DNA of 64,000 nucleotides, taken from positions 849 to 64,848 of the forward strand of contig CALWNV010000001.1 of NCBI GenBank assembly GCA_944382895.1. The letters run 5' to 3'. A program made the position numbers and the translations under genes. Below the pieces are notes generated by a model, which was not told the origin of the DNA, ran no database searches, and worked only from the letters and a program-made list of their open reading frames with translations. Numbering within the stretch: position 1 is the first letter of the stretch; the number at the start of each line of letters is the position of its first letter. The stretch is from an uncultured Clostridia bacterium (lineage in GTDB: Bacteria; Bacillota; Clostridia; Oscillospirales; UBA644). Shown piece after piece: positions 63,883-64,000 of the stretch.

Positions 63883-64000
63883 AGGGTTAGGGAAGGGTCT
63901 TGAGGGGCTTTTCGAAGAAAATACAGACTTTCAGTCGGACACTGGAAGCGAACTTAATTTTATAAGGATCACGAACATAGAACCTGACAGAAATCAGCCC
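63875..64000 (+). CDS. parB: Chromosome partitioning protein ParB (Spo0J), N-terminal fragment running off the window
   Basis: The GTG start overlaps the parA stop. The protein begins VAKGLGKGLEGLF ... I.NIEPDRNQP, the typical ParB N-terminus. Confidence 0.85.
   Translation, partial: MAKGLGKGLEGLFEENTDFQSDTGSELNFIRITNIEPDRNQP

Noticed and set aside
1-64000. Searched by eye for mobile elements, prophage genes, CRISPR repeats, restriction-modification systems, toxin-antitoxin pairs or known defence-system signatures.
   Set aside because: No transposase, integrase, recombinase, terminal inverted repeats, regularly spaced repeats, nuclease/methylase pairs or small adjacent TA-like ORFs were found. 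RecD2, DprA, ComFC and FtsK occur in their usual housekeeping syntenies.

Overview
AT-rich Firmicutes (Clostridia-type) chromosomal segment from an endospore former (dpaA/dpaB and an FtsK/SpoIIIE translocase are present). It consists almost entirely of housekeeping operons. Plus-strand blocks: ktrBA, a TrmH-family methyltransferase, dprA-topA-trmFO-plsX-ACP-like-rnc, TetR-aminotransferase-trpS-recD2-comFC-cca, RNase P RNA, dpaAB, and parS-parA-parB at the right edge. Minus-strand blocks: a fused trmB-nagA ORF, a secreted/glycan-related trio (FIVAR-like protein, DUF4091/GH123-like protein, WG-repeat lipoprotein), a complete nine-gene V-type ATPase operon, and one long co-directional run (rsmD-coaD ... 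ftsK, purB, asnS, a DegT/sugar-transferase/Wzy_C glycan cluster, GH20). I found no transposase, integrase, phage genes, CRISPR array, toxin-antitoxin pair or recognisable defence system, so I cannot honestly name a clear novel multi-gene system here. The observations most worth a second look are: (1) topA is interrupted only by two in-frame TAA codons 42 nt apart; (2) trmB and nagA are joined into one ORF at an A7 homopolymer that also carries a Shine-Dalgarno sequence and ATG for nagA; (3) the ACP gene in the conserved plsX-acpP-rnc slot has Glu where the phosphopantetheine-attachment Ser should be; (4) a UppP/BacA homologue has all remembered catalytic residues substituted; (5) an 854-aa, possibly tandem, Wzy_C membrane protein is co-transcribed with PglC/PglE-like genes; (6) a perfect parS palindrome sits at a strand-switch point. 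All calls come from reading the sequence and translations by eye. No database search was run.
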